64,000 nt of DNA. It comes from a virus (lineage: Duplodnaviria; Caudoviricetes). The notes under the pieces were generated by a model. The model saw only the letters and a program-made list of their open reading frames with translations. It ran no database searches and was not told where the DNA came from. Positions 30,298 to 40,070 of this stretch are shown piece by piece. The position numbers and the translations under genes were made by a program. The stretch's first letter is position 1, and each line of letters opens with the position of its first letter. The DNA is taken from positions 64,001-128,000 of IMG/VR virus record IMGVR_UViG_3300050821_001527; one strand, written 5' to 3'.

Positions 30298-31354
30298 CAA
30301 TATCTGATAATACCATGACTTCCACCAGTTTGTCAAATGAAATTTCCGGTTTCCAACCCAATTCCGTTCGGGCGGGTGTTGAATCACCCAGTAACAAATC
30401 TACTTCCGCTGGGCGGTAGAATTTGGGGTTGACGCGCACCAGCAAGGGGTAAGCCCCATTTGGCTGGCGTTGGGCGAAAACATCCTTCTGAGGGTCGTAG
30501 GGGCGACTGTCTTGCAGTTCTTGACCGTTGACCCAGTATCCTTCGATGCCAGCGACCCTGAACGCCTGCTCAACAAAACTTCTAATCGAGTGAGTCTCCC
30601 CGGAAGATAGCACGTAATCCTTGGGCTTGGGCTGGTTAATGACCATCCAAATTCCGCGAATGAAGTCCTTGGCGTGTGACCAGTCTCGCTTTGAATCCAA
30701 GTTTCCAAGCTCTAAAGGCTCAAATTGACTTCCGGTATCCAAGGCGTGTTTGATGCGAGCTACGTTCCTTGTGATTTTCCTTGTGACGAATTCAATTCCT
30801 CGGCGTTCGCTTTCGTGATTGTAGAGAATGCAATGGACTGCGTAGAGATTGTAGGATTCTCGGTAAACCTTCGTCAAGTGACGAGCGGCGGCTTTGGCGG
30901 CACCATAAGGGGAGCGGGGGCGAATTGGATGATTGATGTCTTGAGGGCTATAAAGAACGTCTCCCATTTCCTCCGAACTGCCCGCGCTGTAGAAACGGCA
31001 TTGAGGGGCGAATTTACGAATGGATTCCAGACACCTTAGAGTGCCCATAGCCACGGACTCGAAAGTCTGTTCGGGAATCTTCCAGCTATCCCCCACGAAC
31101 GACTGGGCGGCGAAGTTAAAAAGGTAGTCGGGCTGGATTTCACGAACCATTGACTCGATTGATTGCGAGTCAGAAAGGTCGCCAGTAACCAAAGAGAAAC
31201 GAGGGTTCTCCAAGGCATCTTTGAGATTTGAATAGTCCGGCTTCGAGGTTCGGCGAACCATGCCGAAGACTTGGTGGTCGGTATTCTCAAGCAGGTAATC
31301 GGCCATATACGACCCATCCTGTCCGGTCACGCCAGTAATGATTACCTTTTTCAT
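30257..31354 (-). CDS. gmd: GDP-mannose 4,6-dehydratase
   Basis: ITGVTGQDGSY, AAQSFV, SPYGAAK, NHESERRG..FVTRK, GNLDSKRDW, RPAEVDLLLGD. Confidence 0.97.
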   Translation of the reverse strand: MKKVIITGVTGQDGSYMADYLLENTDHQVFGMVRRTSKPDYSNLKDALENPRFSLVTGDLSDSQSIESMVREIQPDYLFNFAAQSFVGDSWKIPEQTFESVAMGTLRCLESIRKFAPQCRFYSAGSSEEMGDVLYSPQDINHPIRPRSPYGAAKAAARHLTKVYRESYNLYAVHCILYNHESERRGIEFVTRKITRNVARIKHALDTGSQFEPLELGNLDSKRDWSHAKDFIRGIWMVINQPKPKDYVLSSGETHSIRSFVEQAFRVAGIEGYWVNGQELQDSRPYDPQKDVFAQRQPNGAYPLLVRVNPKFYRPAEVDLLLGDSTPARTELGWKPEISFDKLVEVMVLSDIDEYCRAEKAKTAQ

Positions 31355-31361
31355 GCTTATA

Positions 31362-32066
31362 CTAACCGTCTTGTATGTCGTAGAAAAATCTTTTTTTGTC
31401 AAAAAACTCTTGGAACTTGCTCGGGAATATCTTTTTCGTCAGAGTTGACGAGTCCAGAGAGCGGTTTGACGAGTGCCATTGATATATGGAAACAAGACGA
31501 TTGATGTGTTTAAACTTACCCAAACGGTATATCGTCTTGGCTAATTCCCAGTCGCATCCCCTTTTAGGGAAGGTGATTGGAATGGTGTGGTAAACGGAAG
31601 CCTTATACATCAACTGCCCGTTATCAACTCCCCATCCGTTAGGCAGGGTGGGATTCCAATGGGGGTTATATATCTCGGGAGAGAGGACTCCATTCCTAAA
31701 ATCCTGTCTGTTGCCATAACACAGCACCGTATATTCATCGAACCCGGAAACCAGATGCTCAAATTTATCAACCAGATTAACCACATCGTCGTCAATCGGA
31801 GCGATGAACTCTCCGTTTGACTGGGAGATACCAACGGCCCTTGGAATGGAAACGCATCCAGAGTTCAGTGGTAGATTGATGACCTTGACCCTTGGGTCGT
31901 TAATGGAATTTAGAAATTCAAAAGTTCCGTCCGTGGAGTAGTCATTGACTACAATTAGTTCCCAATTCTCATAGGTCTGAGCCAGTATCTCTGGCAGGCG
32001 AACCCTGAGAAAGTCGCAGCGGTTGAATGTCGGAAGAACCGCAGATATGAGTCCCTTAGTATTCAT
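31362..32066 (-). CDS. GT2 glycosyltransferase
   Basis: ISAVLPTFNR...LIVVNDYSTDGT...IAPIDDD. Confidence 0.9.
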   Translation of the reverse strand: MNTKGLISAVLPTFNRCDFLRVRLPEILAQTYENWELIVVNDYSTDGTFEFLNSINDPRVKVINLPLNSGCVSIPRAVGISQSNGEFIAPIDDDVVNLVDKFEHLVSGFDEYTVLCYGNRQDFRNGVLSPEIYNPHWNPTLPNGWGVDNGQLMYKASVYHTIPITFPKRGCDWELAKTIYRLGKFKHINRLVSIYQWHSSNRSLDSSTLTKKIFPSKFQEFFDKKRFFYDIQDG

Positions 32067-32691
32067 GCACGAATTTGAATTCAACCGGATGTTCGGAAAG
32101 GAATCTTTCCATCGTCAGGAAGGTCTGCTTGATTCCATTATCACAAACGTTCCATGTGTGTCCGTGGCCGACTATAACATCTGCTTCCGGCGCAGCTTCG
32201 TCTTTCAGGTTCCAGTTATAGATGACGCTTTTGATTTTTGATTCAGATGGAATAAACCCCTTGAACATTTCATGTGTGTAGAAATGGGAGTATCCAAGAG
32301 ACTCCAAGGCTGGGTAGATTGTTCTGTTGCAAGTCCACTGTGGACAGCGGAATGCTTTGACGAAAGGAAGCCCAGCGTTACCAAATTCCCTCTCAGCCGC
32401 GCCAATCGTATCCCTTGATTCGGCGTAGCTCTTATCCTTAAACTCCTCGGTAGAATGAAAAAGTCCATGAACCGCCAAACAGATATTGCCAGAAGATATG
32501 AAACTTCGGATTGCATCGCACCATTTCCTGTTCCTAGACAACGGAAGGTAACTGTGCATTGGAGTGCAGAAAAAAGACATCTTGATACTTGGATACCTGC
32601 TGACTGCCTTCTCAATAACATCGAGGCAGTTCTCCGGGCTTTTCCAATGCAAGTCGTCGTATTCGAGTATTAGGGTTTTCTTACCAGACAT
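32056..32691 (-). CDS. Polysaccharide deacetylase-like (CE4/DUF2334) protein
   Basis: LEYDD, AVHGLFH, FRCPQW, GHGH. Confidence 0.75.
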   Translation of the reverse strand: MSGKKTLILEYDDLHWKSPENCLDVIEKAVSRYPSIKMSFFCTPMHSYLPLSRNRKWCDAIRSFISSGNICLAVHGLFHSTEEFKDKSYAESRDTIGAAEREFGNAGLPFVKAFRCPQWTCNRTIYPALESLGYSHFYTHEMFKGFIPSESKIKSVIYNWNLKDEAAPEADVIVGHGHTWNVCDNGIKQTFLTMERFLSEHPVEFKFVHEY

Positions 32692-33173
32692 GATGTTAGG
32701 TTGTCGGTTGATGTAACATGAAGGATGTCAAAATACGGGCTAAACAGTTCTCGCATTCCGTCCTTGCTGATTCTCCAATAATCTCCGAATCCGGGTTCTG
32801 CATGGTATGGATATAACCAAGGTGTGTCAACAATGGCATATCCTCCCCTGCATAGAATCCTGTTGATTTCTTTGGGGGCTGTCCAGATGGACTTTACATG
32901 TTCCAAAACCTGAACACACACCACTACCCCCCATTCTCCGTCCTCAAACGCGGTTTGCGTTATGTCTCCAACAATGTCTGGGCGAAAGGAGGCATTAACG
33001 TCGAACGTCTTAACCTGAAAGTCTCCCCTGAACAAAGGTGTGTATTCGCCTCCGGGCGGGTCGCCAGCGATGCCCACATAGAGCATGTTCTTTTTCTCTG
33101 GTGGGTTCTTCTTTATTTCCTTCGTGTAGAAGGCCACGGCGTTGTCACAATCAATTCTGGTTTTGCTTCTCAT
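32670..33173 (-). CDS. Class I SAM-dependent methyltransferase
   Basis: LYVG, PDIVGDI, VLEHV, YPYHAEP..DYWR. Confidence 0.85.
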   Translation of the reverse strand: MRSKTRIDCDNAVAFYTKEIKKNPPEKKNMLYVGIAGDPPGGEYTPLFRGDFQVKTFDVNASFRPDIVGDITQTAFEDGEWGVVVCVQVLEHVKSIWTAPKEINRILCRGGYAIVDTPWLYPYHAEPGFGDYWRISKDGMRELFSPYFDILHVTSTDNLTSCLVRKP

Positions 33174-33865
33174 TAAAATCGTCCTTTGAAATAGGCTTCC
33201 CCGTATCGGGCGTGTTGACCCAAAGTGCTTTCCTGATGCTCTACAATTAGGGCGTTCTCCAAGTAATACATCGGGATGTTATTCCTGCCGCAGAACTGGG
33301 AAGTCTCCGTGTCCTCCATCCTGCCATCCGAGAAATTAACCTGCTGCAAGAGATTGGTGGGGATGATTTTGGCAAAGCCCCCTATGTGGTGGACTTTTCT
33401 GAATATGTAATACGTGTCCGTGTCCGGGGAGTATTTGACGGAATGGTCTTTGGATAACACTCCACCGGGGTTATTGATTAACCCAACTGGATACGGGCTA
33501 AACATGGCATTGGGAACCAGCTTGTTAATGGCCAGCACATGATTGAAGTAATCAGGGCTTCTCATTACCGCATCGTCGTCCATCTTCATGGTTAGCGGGA
33601 ACACGCACTTCTTTTTGAGGATGTTCATTGCTGCCCCGTCTTGCTTGACATCCTCCCAATGTTCAGTAGTTATCTTACTGGCGAAGCTAAGATTACTGAT
33701 GAACTTCTCCATATCCGGCGTTGGTCGCGCACCCATGAAAATCAAAAGGTGTTGGAAATCGCAGGCGGTAACATTGCCAAGCTGCTCCATAGACAGTAAC
33801 AGCTTTTTCAGGTAGTATTCCCTACTTATCGTTTTGGTAATAATGCTTATCATATAACAGACCAA
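33173..33865 (-). CDS. GT-A fold (GT2-like) glycosyltransferase
   Basis: MKMDDD acidic motif; GG in the acceptor region; context. Confidence 0.65.
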   Translation of the reverse strand: MVCYMISIITKTISREYYLKKLLLSMEQLGNVTACDFQHLLIFMGARPTPDMEKFISNLSFASKITTEHWEDVKQDGAAMNILKKKCVFPLTMKMDDDAVMRSPDYFNHVLAINKLVPNAMFSPYPVGLINNPGGVLSKDHSVKYSPDTDTYYIFRKVHHIGGFAKIIPTNLLQQVNFSDGRMEDTETSQFCGRNNIPMYYLENALIVEHQESTLGQHARYGEAYFKGRF

Positions 33866-34545
33866 TCAATTACTGGCGACACCCAAGGCTCGTCAGCGTG
33901 AGTTGAATAACCCGGAATCGGGGTGTATAACTTTCTCCCCATTCTTGCCAACTCAAGAAATTTGTCATGGTCGCGTGTTATCGGCCCCATAGTGGAAAAT
34001 CTCTTATGAATTTCCATGTCCTTCATCAGAGTCCCAAAGCGACACGCGTATGTATTAGTGGTTGACGGCGTAGTTCTCCAATGGGAACTCTTTGTCACCC
34101 TAACCTCGGACAAAATCGGCGGATAATACAGAGCCTCGCTGTATTTGTCCGCATGGTCAAACAACGATATATAGTCGGCCTTTAGCTCGTCAATGCCTTC
34201 CAGCAGAATCGTGGGCCATCCGGGTCTATGCAGATAATCGTCTTCAACGATGTAGATTATTGTATCGTCAGGGAACTTAAACGACTTAACAAAATCCAAT
34301 AAAGATAGGAAGGCCGAGGCTTCGGTTCCGCAATTAGCAATCATGTTGGCTTTTCCGTTAAGGAAGTGCCCTTCGATTCCTCCCGCCGCCTCGTCGTAGA
34401 AAAAGTGCAAATCTGTCACCGACCTGTCCGCGCTCTTGAGCAGATTTTCAAAGCATCTCTCCCTGCTAAACCACGCAGGCTTTTCCTTGCTGGCCCCAAC
34501 ATCGGAGAAGTAGCAATGTCTGTTAAATACTTGTAGTCTTTTCAT
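33850..34545 (-). CDS. GT-A fold glycosyltransferase-like protein
   Basis: IYIVEDDYLH, YISLFDHADKY; start reassigned to MKRLQ. Confidence 0.65.
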   Translation of the reverse strand: MKRLQVFNRHCYFSDVGASKEKPAWFSRERCFENLLKSADRSVTDLHFFYDEAAGGIEGHFLNGKANMIANCGTEASAFLSLLDFVKSFKFPDDTIIYIVEDDYLHRPGWPTILLEGIDELKADYISLFDHADKYSEALYYPPILSEVRVTKSSHWRTTPSTTNTYACRFGTLMKDMEIHKRFSTMGPITRDHDKFLELARMGRKLYTPIPGYSTHADEPWVSPVIDWSVI

Positions 34546-35179
34546 GCAGCATGGATAGGTATTCTTTGTGCCAAGGCAAATGCCTGCCGTGGAACCCGAA
34601 TGAGTTTTTTGGCTGGTTTTCCTCCACATCATTCTCCAAAGCAAAGCGAGCGGCCACTTCAACAGGGGCGAATTTTATTCCATTTTTTTGTAAATAAATT
34701 CGGTTATGCAAACACAGAATGTTATCCTCTGGTTCCTTGTAGTCGAAAGTCGCGGGAACATTTTGGTTCAGGAGTTTCTTGCTCCTTAATGAAAACCCAC
34801 CATTGCCGACTCTGGCTATGCGGTTGGGCCATTGCCTCGGCCAAGGCGCACCGATGTAATCGTATTTGAGAAATTCCTTGTCCCACAGATGGGGATTGAC
34901 GATAAAACCATCCCACTGGACGAGAAGAACAAAGTCAGCCCCAACGTAACTCCCCAACTCACAGAGCATGAACTTGTTATATCCCACCAAATCCAATGGC
35001 TTTATTTTAACATGTAGAATTCTCGGGTCACGTAAGGGGTCAATGGGGGAAAGCAATCTGACGGAATTGAAGGTCATGCCCTGAGTCGAATGAATTAAGG
35101 CTCTGGATGAAGCGGCGACTTTATCGTCCTCGCTCCTTCCGTCCACGCAGATAAGGTCAACGTTGGTTAGGTCTTGCAT
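34523..35179 (-). CDS. DUF5672-type glycosyltransferase-like protein
   Basis: LLVQWDGFIVNP..W..EFLKYDYIGAPW...VGNGGFSLRS...PED. Confidence 0.8.
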   Translation of the reverse strand: MQDLTNVDLICVDGRSEDDKVAASSRALIHSTQGMTFNSVRLLSPIDPLRDPRILHVKIKPLDLVGYNKFMLCELGSYVGADFVLLVQWDGFIVNPHLWDKEFLKYDYIGAPWPRQWPNRIARVGNGGFSLRSKKLLNQNVPATFDYKEPEDNILCLHNRIYLQKNGIKFAPVEVAARFALENDVEENQPKNSFGFHGRHLPWHKEYLSMLHEKTTSI

Positions 35180-35919
35180 GGCTTCATATTTGCCCTGACA
35201 ACATCCAAGGAGTAGTTCGGGTGCCAAGAGGCTGTCCCGTATTCTTGGGTGGCGTCGTTCATAGTTATGATTTCGACTTCCGCCTCGGGGCTGGCTAACG
35301 CTCCAATCCAAAATGAATATGAACCAAGGGACAAAACCATCTTGCGGTGGGAGGCTCCTATGACCAAGGTTTCGGAGGCGTTGTTGTATTTTAGTGTCTT
35401 GAACCCATATTTCTTCACCAGAGCGCGGGTGATGTCGTCATTCTCGTCGTGGCTGGCTATTACCCCGTTCTTAAAATCCATCAACGATAATCTGCGGTCA
35501 TAGTATTCAAACGGAAGGACACATGACTTTGGGACGGGGGCGGCAGGGCAACTATTCCTAATATGGATGAACACTGTCTCCGGGTCTGTATCCACCTTCT
35601 TGAAGGAAAACAGGTCGGCTAAATGCTCACCAAAGGCTCGGTGATTAACAACGGAAGGTTGTTGGCAATACGAGAGAATCATGGCTCCTCCATTCAGTTT
35701 CCTATCCATGAACTCGCCAGCGTTGTTTTCGTCTATTCGGTGGACTATCGAAAGCTTTCTTCCGAGTCTCAAGAATTTTGAACGCGCCAGATTGAAGGAC
35801 TGTTCGATGTCGCAATCCCAATACAGGTCGTTATTCTTGGATAGAAAACTAGCGTAGGCGTGGCGAAAAAGCTTGTTGCCTAAGTTAGTGTTCCATATCC
35901 CGAATGGGACGGTAATCAT
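35167..35919 (-). CDS. GT11 (alpha-1,2-fucosyltransferase-like) protein
   Basis: NLGNKLFRHA (cf. GLGNQMFQY), FIHIR, SLGSYSFWIGAL. Confidence 0.7.
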   Translation of the reverse strand: MITVPFGIWNTNLGNKLFRHAYASFLSKNNDLYWDCDIEQSFNLARSKFLRLGRKLSIVHRIDENNAGEFMDRKLNGGAMILSYCQQPSVVNHRAFGEHLADLFSFKKVDTDPETVFIHIRNSCPAAPVPKSCVLPFEYYDRRLSLMDFKNGVIASHDENDDITRALVKKYGFKTLKYNNASETLVIGASHRKMVLSLGSYSFWIGALASPEAEVEIITMNDATQEYGTASWHPNYSLDVVRANMKPCKT

Positions 35920-36260
35920 TACGGGCCTTTCGCTTGAGGGTGTGGCTTCTTCGTTCTCTTGGAATAGTCCGACTTGGCCTTTTCCTTGATTGGGTCATTG
36001 CCTAAAACACGCGCCCTCTTTTCGGACATTTCCGCACTCTTATCCCACATATCCCCTATCGTGTAATTCTTCTTGGAGGTTTTATCCGTGAAGTCTTTTT
36101 GGGAATGAGGATTGATTTTAGTGTCAATGGAGGCGTTGGGAATTGTGAAAATCCTATTCCATTTCACTCCGTTCTCCTCAAAGGTATGCGACTCGTTCAC
36201 TCTTTGAACGATTTCTCTGACCTCTTTCGAGGATGGGTGCTGGAATATGTAGATTGGCAT
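35919..36260 (-). CDS. FmdB-like small regulatory protein
   Basis: MPIYIF N-terminus (cf. MPIYEY); Zn ligands absent. Confidence 0.45.
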   Translation of the reverse strand: MPIYIFQHPSSKEVREIVQRVNESHTFEENGVKWNRIFTIPNASIDTKINPHSQKDFTDKTSKKNYTIGDMWDKSAEMSEKRARVLGNDPIKEKAKSDYSKRTKKPHPQAKGP

Positions 36261-36445
36261 TAGTTAGCCCAAATGAACTTCACCTTTTCAAGCGGGACGG
36301 TCACCCACTTGTTTTCCTTGTTCAAGACTTCCACGGTGACCTGTTCGGTTTTTCCGATAATCTTAGGCTCGCTGCAAGCCAGTTGATTGACCAAAATACC
36401 GGCGACTTCCGCCCCGGTTAGTTCTGCGCTAATGTTGAGTTTCAT
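36260..36445 (-). CDS. Hypothetical protein, 61 aa
   Basis: ORF coupled to its neighbours. Confidence 0.5.
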   Translation of the reverse strand: MKLNISAELTGAEVAGILVNQLACSEPKIIGKTEQVTVEVLNKENKWVTVPLEKVKFIWAN

Positions 36446-36446
36446 G

Positions 36447-36755
36447 TTATTTTAGATGCTTCCCTTCGACGCCACGTTGCTGACGCTCATACGTCCTCGA
36501 TTGCTGGGCATATAATGCCGACTTGAGATGACCGATAGAGCAAAGAGTTTCCTCGGACGGGAACTTGTTGTAGAGACTCTGCATACGGTCAATCAACATT
36601 TTGAGGACTTCCTCGTTGGTTGTCCCGTCGTTGAGGGTGACAAGCTCGCCGGGATTGGCCGTAGGAGTCTTCTCGATAAACTGGATGGTCTGTCCAGCTT
36701 CCTTGTTCTCGAAATTCTCAAGAACGTATTTGTGTCCGGGTGTTAGGATTTTCAT
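36447..36755 (-). CDS. tad1: Tad1-like anti-defence sponge protein
   Basis: GH.Y...TIQF...G...E.L....DR.......F.S.E....HL..AL.....R...R..R.V.G matches the Tad1 pattern as recalled. Confidence 0.72.
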   Translation of the reverse strand: MKILTPGHKYVLENFENKEAGQTIQFIEKTPTANPGELVTLNDGTTNEEVLKMLIDRMQSLYNKFPSEETLCSIGHLKSALYAQQSRTYERQQRGVEGKHLK

Positions 36756-36758
36756 AAA

Positions 36759-37100
36759 TTAGTCAACCTTGAAGTGCATCAGTTCTCCGATGGGAGCCTT
36801 TGCTTCGGTTTCTACTGCAAGTTCCGATAAACGTGCGGGTGCGCCGTTTTGCTCCATGCAGGCGACGGCGATTCCGGCAATTTTTCTGATATTGTCCAGA
36901 CTTGGCCTTTCCGCTACCGGGCCTGAATCTGACTCCTTGATATACGCATCCTCCGCTTTTCGCAGGTAGGCGCGAAGGATGGTCAGATACTCACCGACAC
37001 GCTTGGGGTCAATCCAACCGTTTTCCTTGATAAGAGCGTCCTGATAATCCCTTTCGCCGTCAATCAGGGAGTAAACTTGCTGTCTAGTTAGAGGGTTCAT
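36759..37100 (-). CDS. MazG-like all-alpha NTP pyrophosphohydrolase family protein
   Basis: I..ER.YQD...E.L.....YL.KA......IRKIA..AVACME helical pattern. Confidence 0.55.
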   Translation of the reverse strand: MNPLTRQQVYSLIDGERDYQDALIKENGWIDPKRVGEYLTILRAYLRKAEDAYIKESDSGPVAERPSLDNIRKIAGIAVACMEQNGAPARLSELAVETEAKAPIGELMHFKVD

Positions 37101-37818
37101 AATTTCTTGATTTCAAATCTTCCACGTCAAATGCGTCCGTCAGTTTATTCTTTGAGAAAAATCCCAAGAATCCAAAATTTTGTCCCTTGTCTTTCAGTTC
37201 AAGAACAAGGTTATCGGAGAATCCAATGGACGCCAGCTTGGACTTCAAATATTTAAGCTCGTTCGGGGAGTGTGGAATTTCAAAACATACGTTCTCCACG
37301 TTCCCAAAAGCCTGCTCATTCAACGATACGAAATCAAACAGGTAGGCACCAATGTTGATTTTTAAAAGATTGATACGCTGCTCGGTTATTAGTCCTTGTA
37401 GTATCTCAATCATGGACAGGGACAGAACATTCTCTCCGCTATCCGACGGCTGGATAGTCCCGTAGTCGAGGACGTGTTGGGAATTGATTTTTGGTTCAGG
37501 AAGCTTGAACGTGGTGTGTCTGTGAAACGCGGCAATCTGGTAAGGCGAAACTGCGTCAGTGAATACTTCCGTATTCTTCAACAGCATCCTGTAATTGTCC
37601 GCGAAAGGCTCGAAGGCGTAGCATTTCGTGTAATTCGCGGCCAAAGCAGCCAGAACAAAATACCCGCAATGTGCCCCAATATCAACAGCCACTATCCTGC
37701 TTCCGGCTTGGGGGTCAACATCCAATTTCTTGAGGCGATAAAAATTGGAATAAAATACCTTGTCCAAGTAATACTGGTCAGTGGAGTAGCTGCGGATATG
37801 GATGTTAGGCGTTTGCAT
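37084..37818 (-). CDS. FkbM-family methyltransferase
   Basis: VDIGAHCGYF...AFEP...N...L..N...LLKINI. Confidence 0.85.
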   Translation of the reverse strand: MQTPNIHIRSYSTDQYYLDKVFYSNFYRLKKLDVDPQAGSRIVAVDIGAHCGYFVLAALAANYTKCYAFEPFADNYRMLLKNTEVFTDAVSPYQIAAFHRHTTFKLPEPKINSQHVLDYGTIQPSDSGENVLSLSMIEILQGLITEQRINLLKINIGAYLFDFVSLNEQAFGNVENVCFEIPHSPNELKYLKSKLASIGFSDNLVLELKDKGQNFGFLGFFSKNKLTDAFDVEDLKSRNYEPSN

Positions 37819-38914
37819 CGAAGGTCTTGATTATGGATTCAGCGAGCTTCTCCTTGGAGAATTGGGTTTGTAACTTGAGTCCGGGAGAATTGAGTCTGCT
37901 CTGACCGACTCGCGCAATCACCTTTTCACATGCCGCGATAAAGGCTTCCTCGTCCCAAGTGAAGATGGAGCCTTGGTTGAATGGCTGTCCCTTTTGGAAG
38001 AACATTCCGTCGTATGCTTCTTCCTTGCCGTTAGTAGGAACGATAACAGAGTTTGACTCGTTTGACCAATCCGAATATCCGGGGCCGTCGAGGATTACCG
38101 CGTGTTTTCCGAGGGCGACAGATTGGAACTCTGGTAGCCCCCAGCCTTCGCCACCAGACATGCCAAGCACAATATCTCCCGAGTTGAGGAACTCGTTATA
38201 CGAGGCGTTTTCCTGCATGGAAGGAAGGAAAGTAACGTTGAACGGCTTTGGCTTTCCTTCAAGAATCAGATTGGCCGCGATATGGTTATTCTGTTGAGCG
38301 TTGATGAAGGGGTTGTAGATGGCACATTGCAGGGCGTAGCGGGAGTTGTTCCCATATTTCTTAATCCAAGCCTTAATCATCTTCAAGTGCTGCTTGCGCT
38401 TTTCAAACTTTCCGCAAATATTGAACACGATTCTCCCGTCGGGGAAGTATGTCTTGTTCGTGTTTTGGAAGTTATAAGAGTCGAACGCCAGCGGCATGTG
38501 CGACGTTTCAACCCCGAATTTCTTGAAGACTTCGCAGGTAAACTTGCTTGAGAAGAACGTCTTGTTATTTCTGGCGATGTTAAGCTCGACTGGCGTGGGA
38601 GCATCAAGTTCATAGAATGATAACAGGGTTTGCTTCTCCGAGAACGACTCCATTGAGCCATTAAGATGCCACAGCTTGAAAATGGGATTCGAGCGTTCGT
38701 GCATGTTGTAGGCTGCGTGAATACAGTCCTCCAACCATTTGAGAAATTCAGGGTCTTGCTTTTGAGAGGCGAGGTCGTATCCGCCACCCACCGGGAAAAG
38801 CCTGACATCATAATCTGCGCCCGTCTTTATCAGGTCATAGATAGTCCTGAGAATCAATACGGATGTTTGTCCGAACGATACTCCATTAACGGGTAGATTG
38901 AATGTCAGAATCAT
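37805..38914 (-). CDS. GT4 glycosyltransferase
   Basis: GKFEKRK, EGWGLPEFQSVALGK. Confidence 0.88.
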   Translation of the reverse strand: MILTFNLPVNGVSFGQTSVLILRTIYDLIKTGADYDVRLFPVGGGYDLASQKQDPEFLKWLEDCIHAAYNMHERSNPIFKLWHLNGSMESFSEKQTLLSFYELDAPTPVELNIARNNKTFFSSKFTCEVFKKFGVETSHMPLAFDSYNFQNTNKTYFPDGRIVFNICGKFEKRKQHLKMIKAWIKKYGNNSRYALQCAIYNPFINAQQNNHIAANLILEGKPKPFNVTFLPSMQENASYNEFLNSGDIVLGMSGGEGWGLPEFQSVALGKHAVILDGPGYSDWSNESNSVIVPTNGKEEAYDGMFFQKGQPFNQGSIFTWDEEAFIAACEKVIARVGQSRLNSPGLKLQTQFSKEKLAESIIKTFDANA

Positions 38915-39116
38915 TTTTTCTTTGTTCGAGCGTTGATTTTATCTCGGCCCATAGGGTTTCCCATCGCTCCTTGAAGATTCCGCCTTTCGCATATCCATCT
39001 TCTCGGATTTTATCCACTCTCCAATAGCATGGAGAGCAGTAAAGGGCGTCCGTTGGTATCCTACACGGACATAGTAGGCAAACTTTCATAAGCGAAACGG
39101 GCGGCGGGATTGCCAC
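38886..39116 (-). CDS. Small Cys-containing hypothetical protein
   Basis: CxxC...CxxC; true start possibly internal. Confidence 0.45.
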   Translation of the reverse strand: MAIPPPVSLMKVCLLCPCRIPTDALYCSPCYWRVDKIREDGYAKGGIFKERWETLWAEIKSTLEQRKNDSDIQSTR

Positions 39117-39133
39117 CGCCCGTCACGAAGACA

Positions 39134-39451
39134 TTAAATGTCCAGTTCGGTCGGTTCGAGGACGGGCGCGGCAGCAGGCTTCGCGGCTGGTGCCTGAGCC
39201 TTCGGAGCCGGGGATGCGGCGGCAGGAGCGGGCTGACCGTTCCCTTCGCGGTTGGACAGGTAAATCTTGAAGTCCGGGTGCTTTGGTTCCTTCTTACCCT
39301 TGTTCTTGAATGCAACAAGGTTTACCTTCTGGTTGATTCCCCACTGATTGAGGTCAATGGAGAGAGAGATGAACTGTGCGCCGGATGCGGCCTTCTTGAC
39401 CCATACTGCGCCCAAGTCCTTCTCGAACTGCTTTTCATTTGGATTTTCCAT
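39134..39451 (-). CDS. DUF736-like small protein with Ala/Pro-rich tail
   Basis: LGAVW.K....G..F.S......F.N..K....PDF.I; acidic C-terminus resembles SSB tails. Confidence 0.6.
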   Translation of the reverse strand: MENPNEKQFEKDLGAVWVKKAASGAQFISLSIDLNQWGINQKVNLVAFKNKGKKEPKHPDFKIYLSNREGNGQPAPAAASPAPKAQAPAAKPAAAPVLEPTELDI

Positions 39452-39467
39452 GTTATTTAGTTTCGGT

Positions 39468-40070
39468 TTATACTATGTCAGCGAAGTCCGTGCTACGGAG
39501 CTTCGTGCGAAGAAAATTCATTCCTCGCTCATGTAGATTGATTACCGTCTGAGACGAAATATTCATTTTTTCTGCAATTTGTTTCCACTCCTTCTTTTCC
39601 GGGGACAAATGGCGCATTTCAATGATTTGCGGGATTCTCTTATCCTTCATTTGGGACAGTAGATTTTTCAGGAAGTCGTAAGTCTCTTTGTTTTCCTCTT
39701 TCTCCCTTGAGCCGTGCATGGAGTCTGCATTATCCAGCATTTCCCTCATTTCGTCAGTGTCAACACTTATCAGACACTTCCTCTTGGTTATCGAATTCAG
39801 ACACAGAAATCTCGCGTAGTTGCAGATGTGGGTGGACAATTTCGCGCCCCTTTTAGGGTCGTATGTTTTAATGCAGTTAAATATAATGATATTTTTCTCA
39901 TTAAATATGTCCGTCGGACTGATACCTGAGTTGATTAACGCCGGGGTAAATTTGTGGCACATCTTGTAAAAGACGTTTTCATACCTTCGGCATAGTTCGA
40001 GGAAACTGTCATTACAACCGTCCTTCTTGACTCTACGAATCAAGGTTTTATCGGGGATATTGGTCATCAA
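39468..40070 (-). CDS. Sigma70-family phage sigma factor
   Basis: Region 2 (YDPKRGAKLSTHI) and region 4 HTH (WKQIAEKMNISSQTVINLH). Confidence 0.88.
   Translation of the reverse strand: MMTNIPDKTLIRRVKKDGCNDSFLELCRRYENVFYKMCHKFTPALINSGISPTDIFNEKNIIIFNCIKTYDPKRGAKLSTHICNYARFLCLNSITKRKCLISVDTDEMREMLDNADSMHGSREKEENKETYDFLKNLLSQMKDKRIPQIIEMRHLSPEKKEWKQIAEKMNISSQTVINLHERGMNFLRTKLRSTDFADIV

Noticed and set aside
39134-39240. Ala/Pro-rich repeat-like stretch
   Set aside because: Low-complexity linker within a CDS, not a DNA repeat element.
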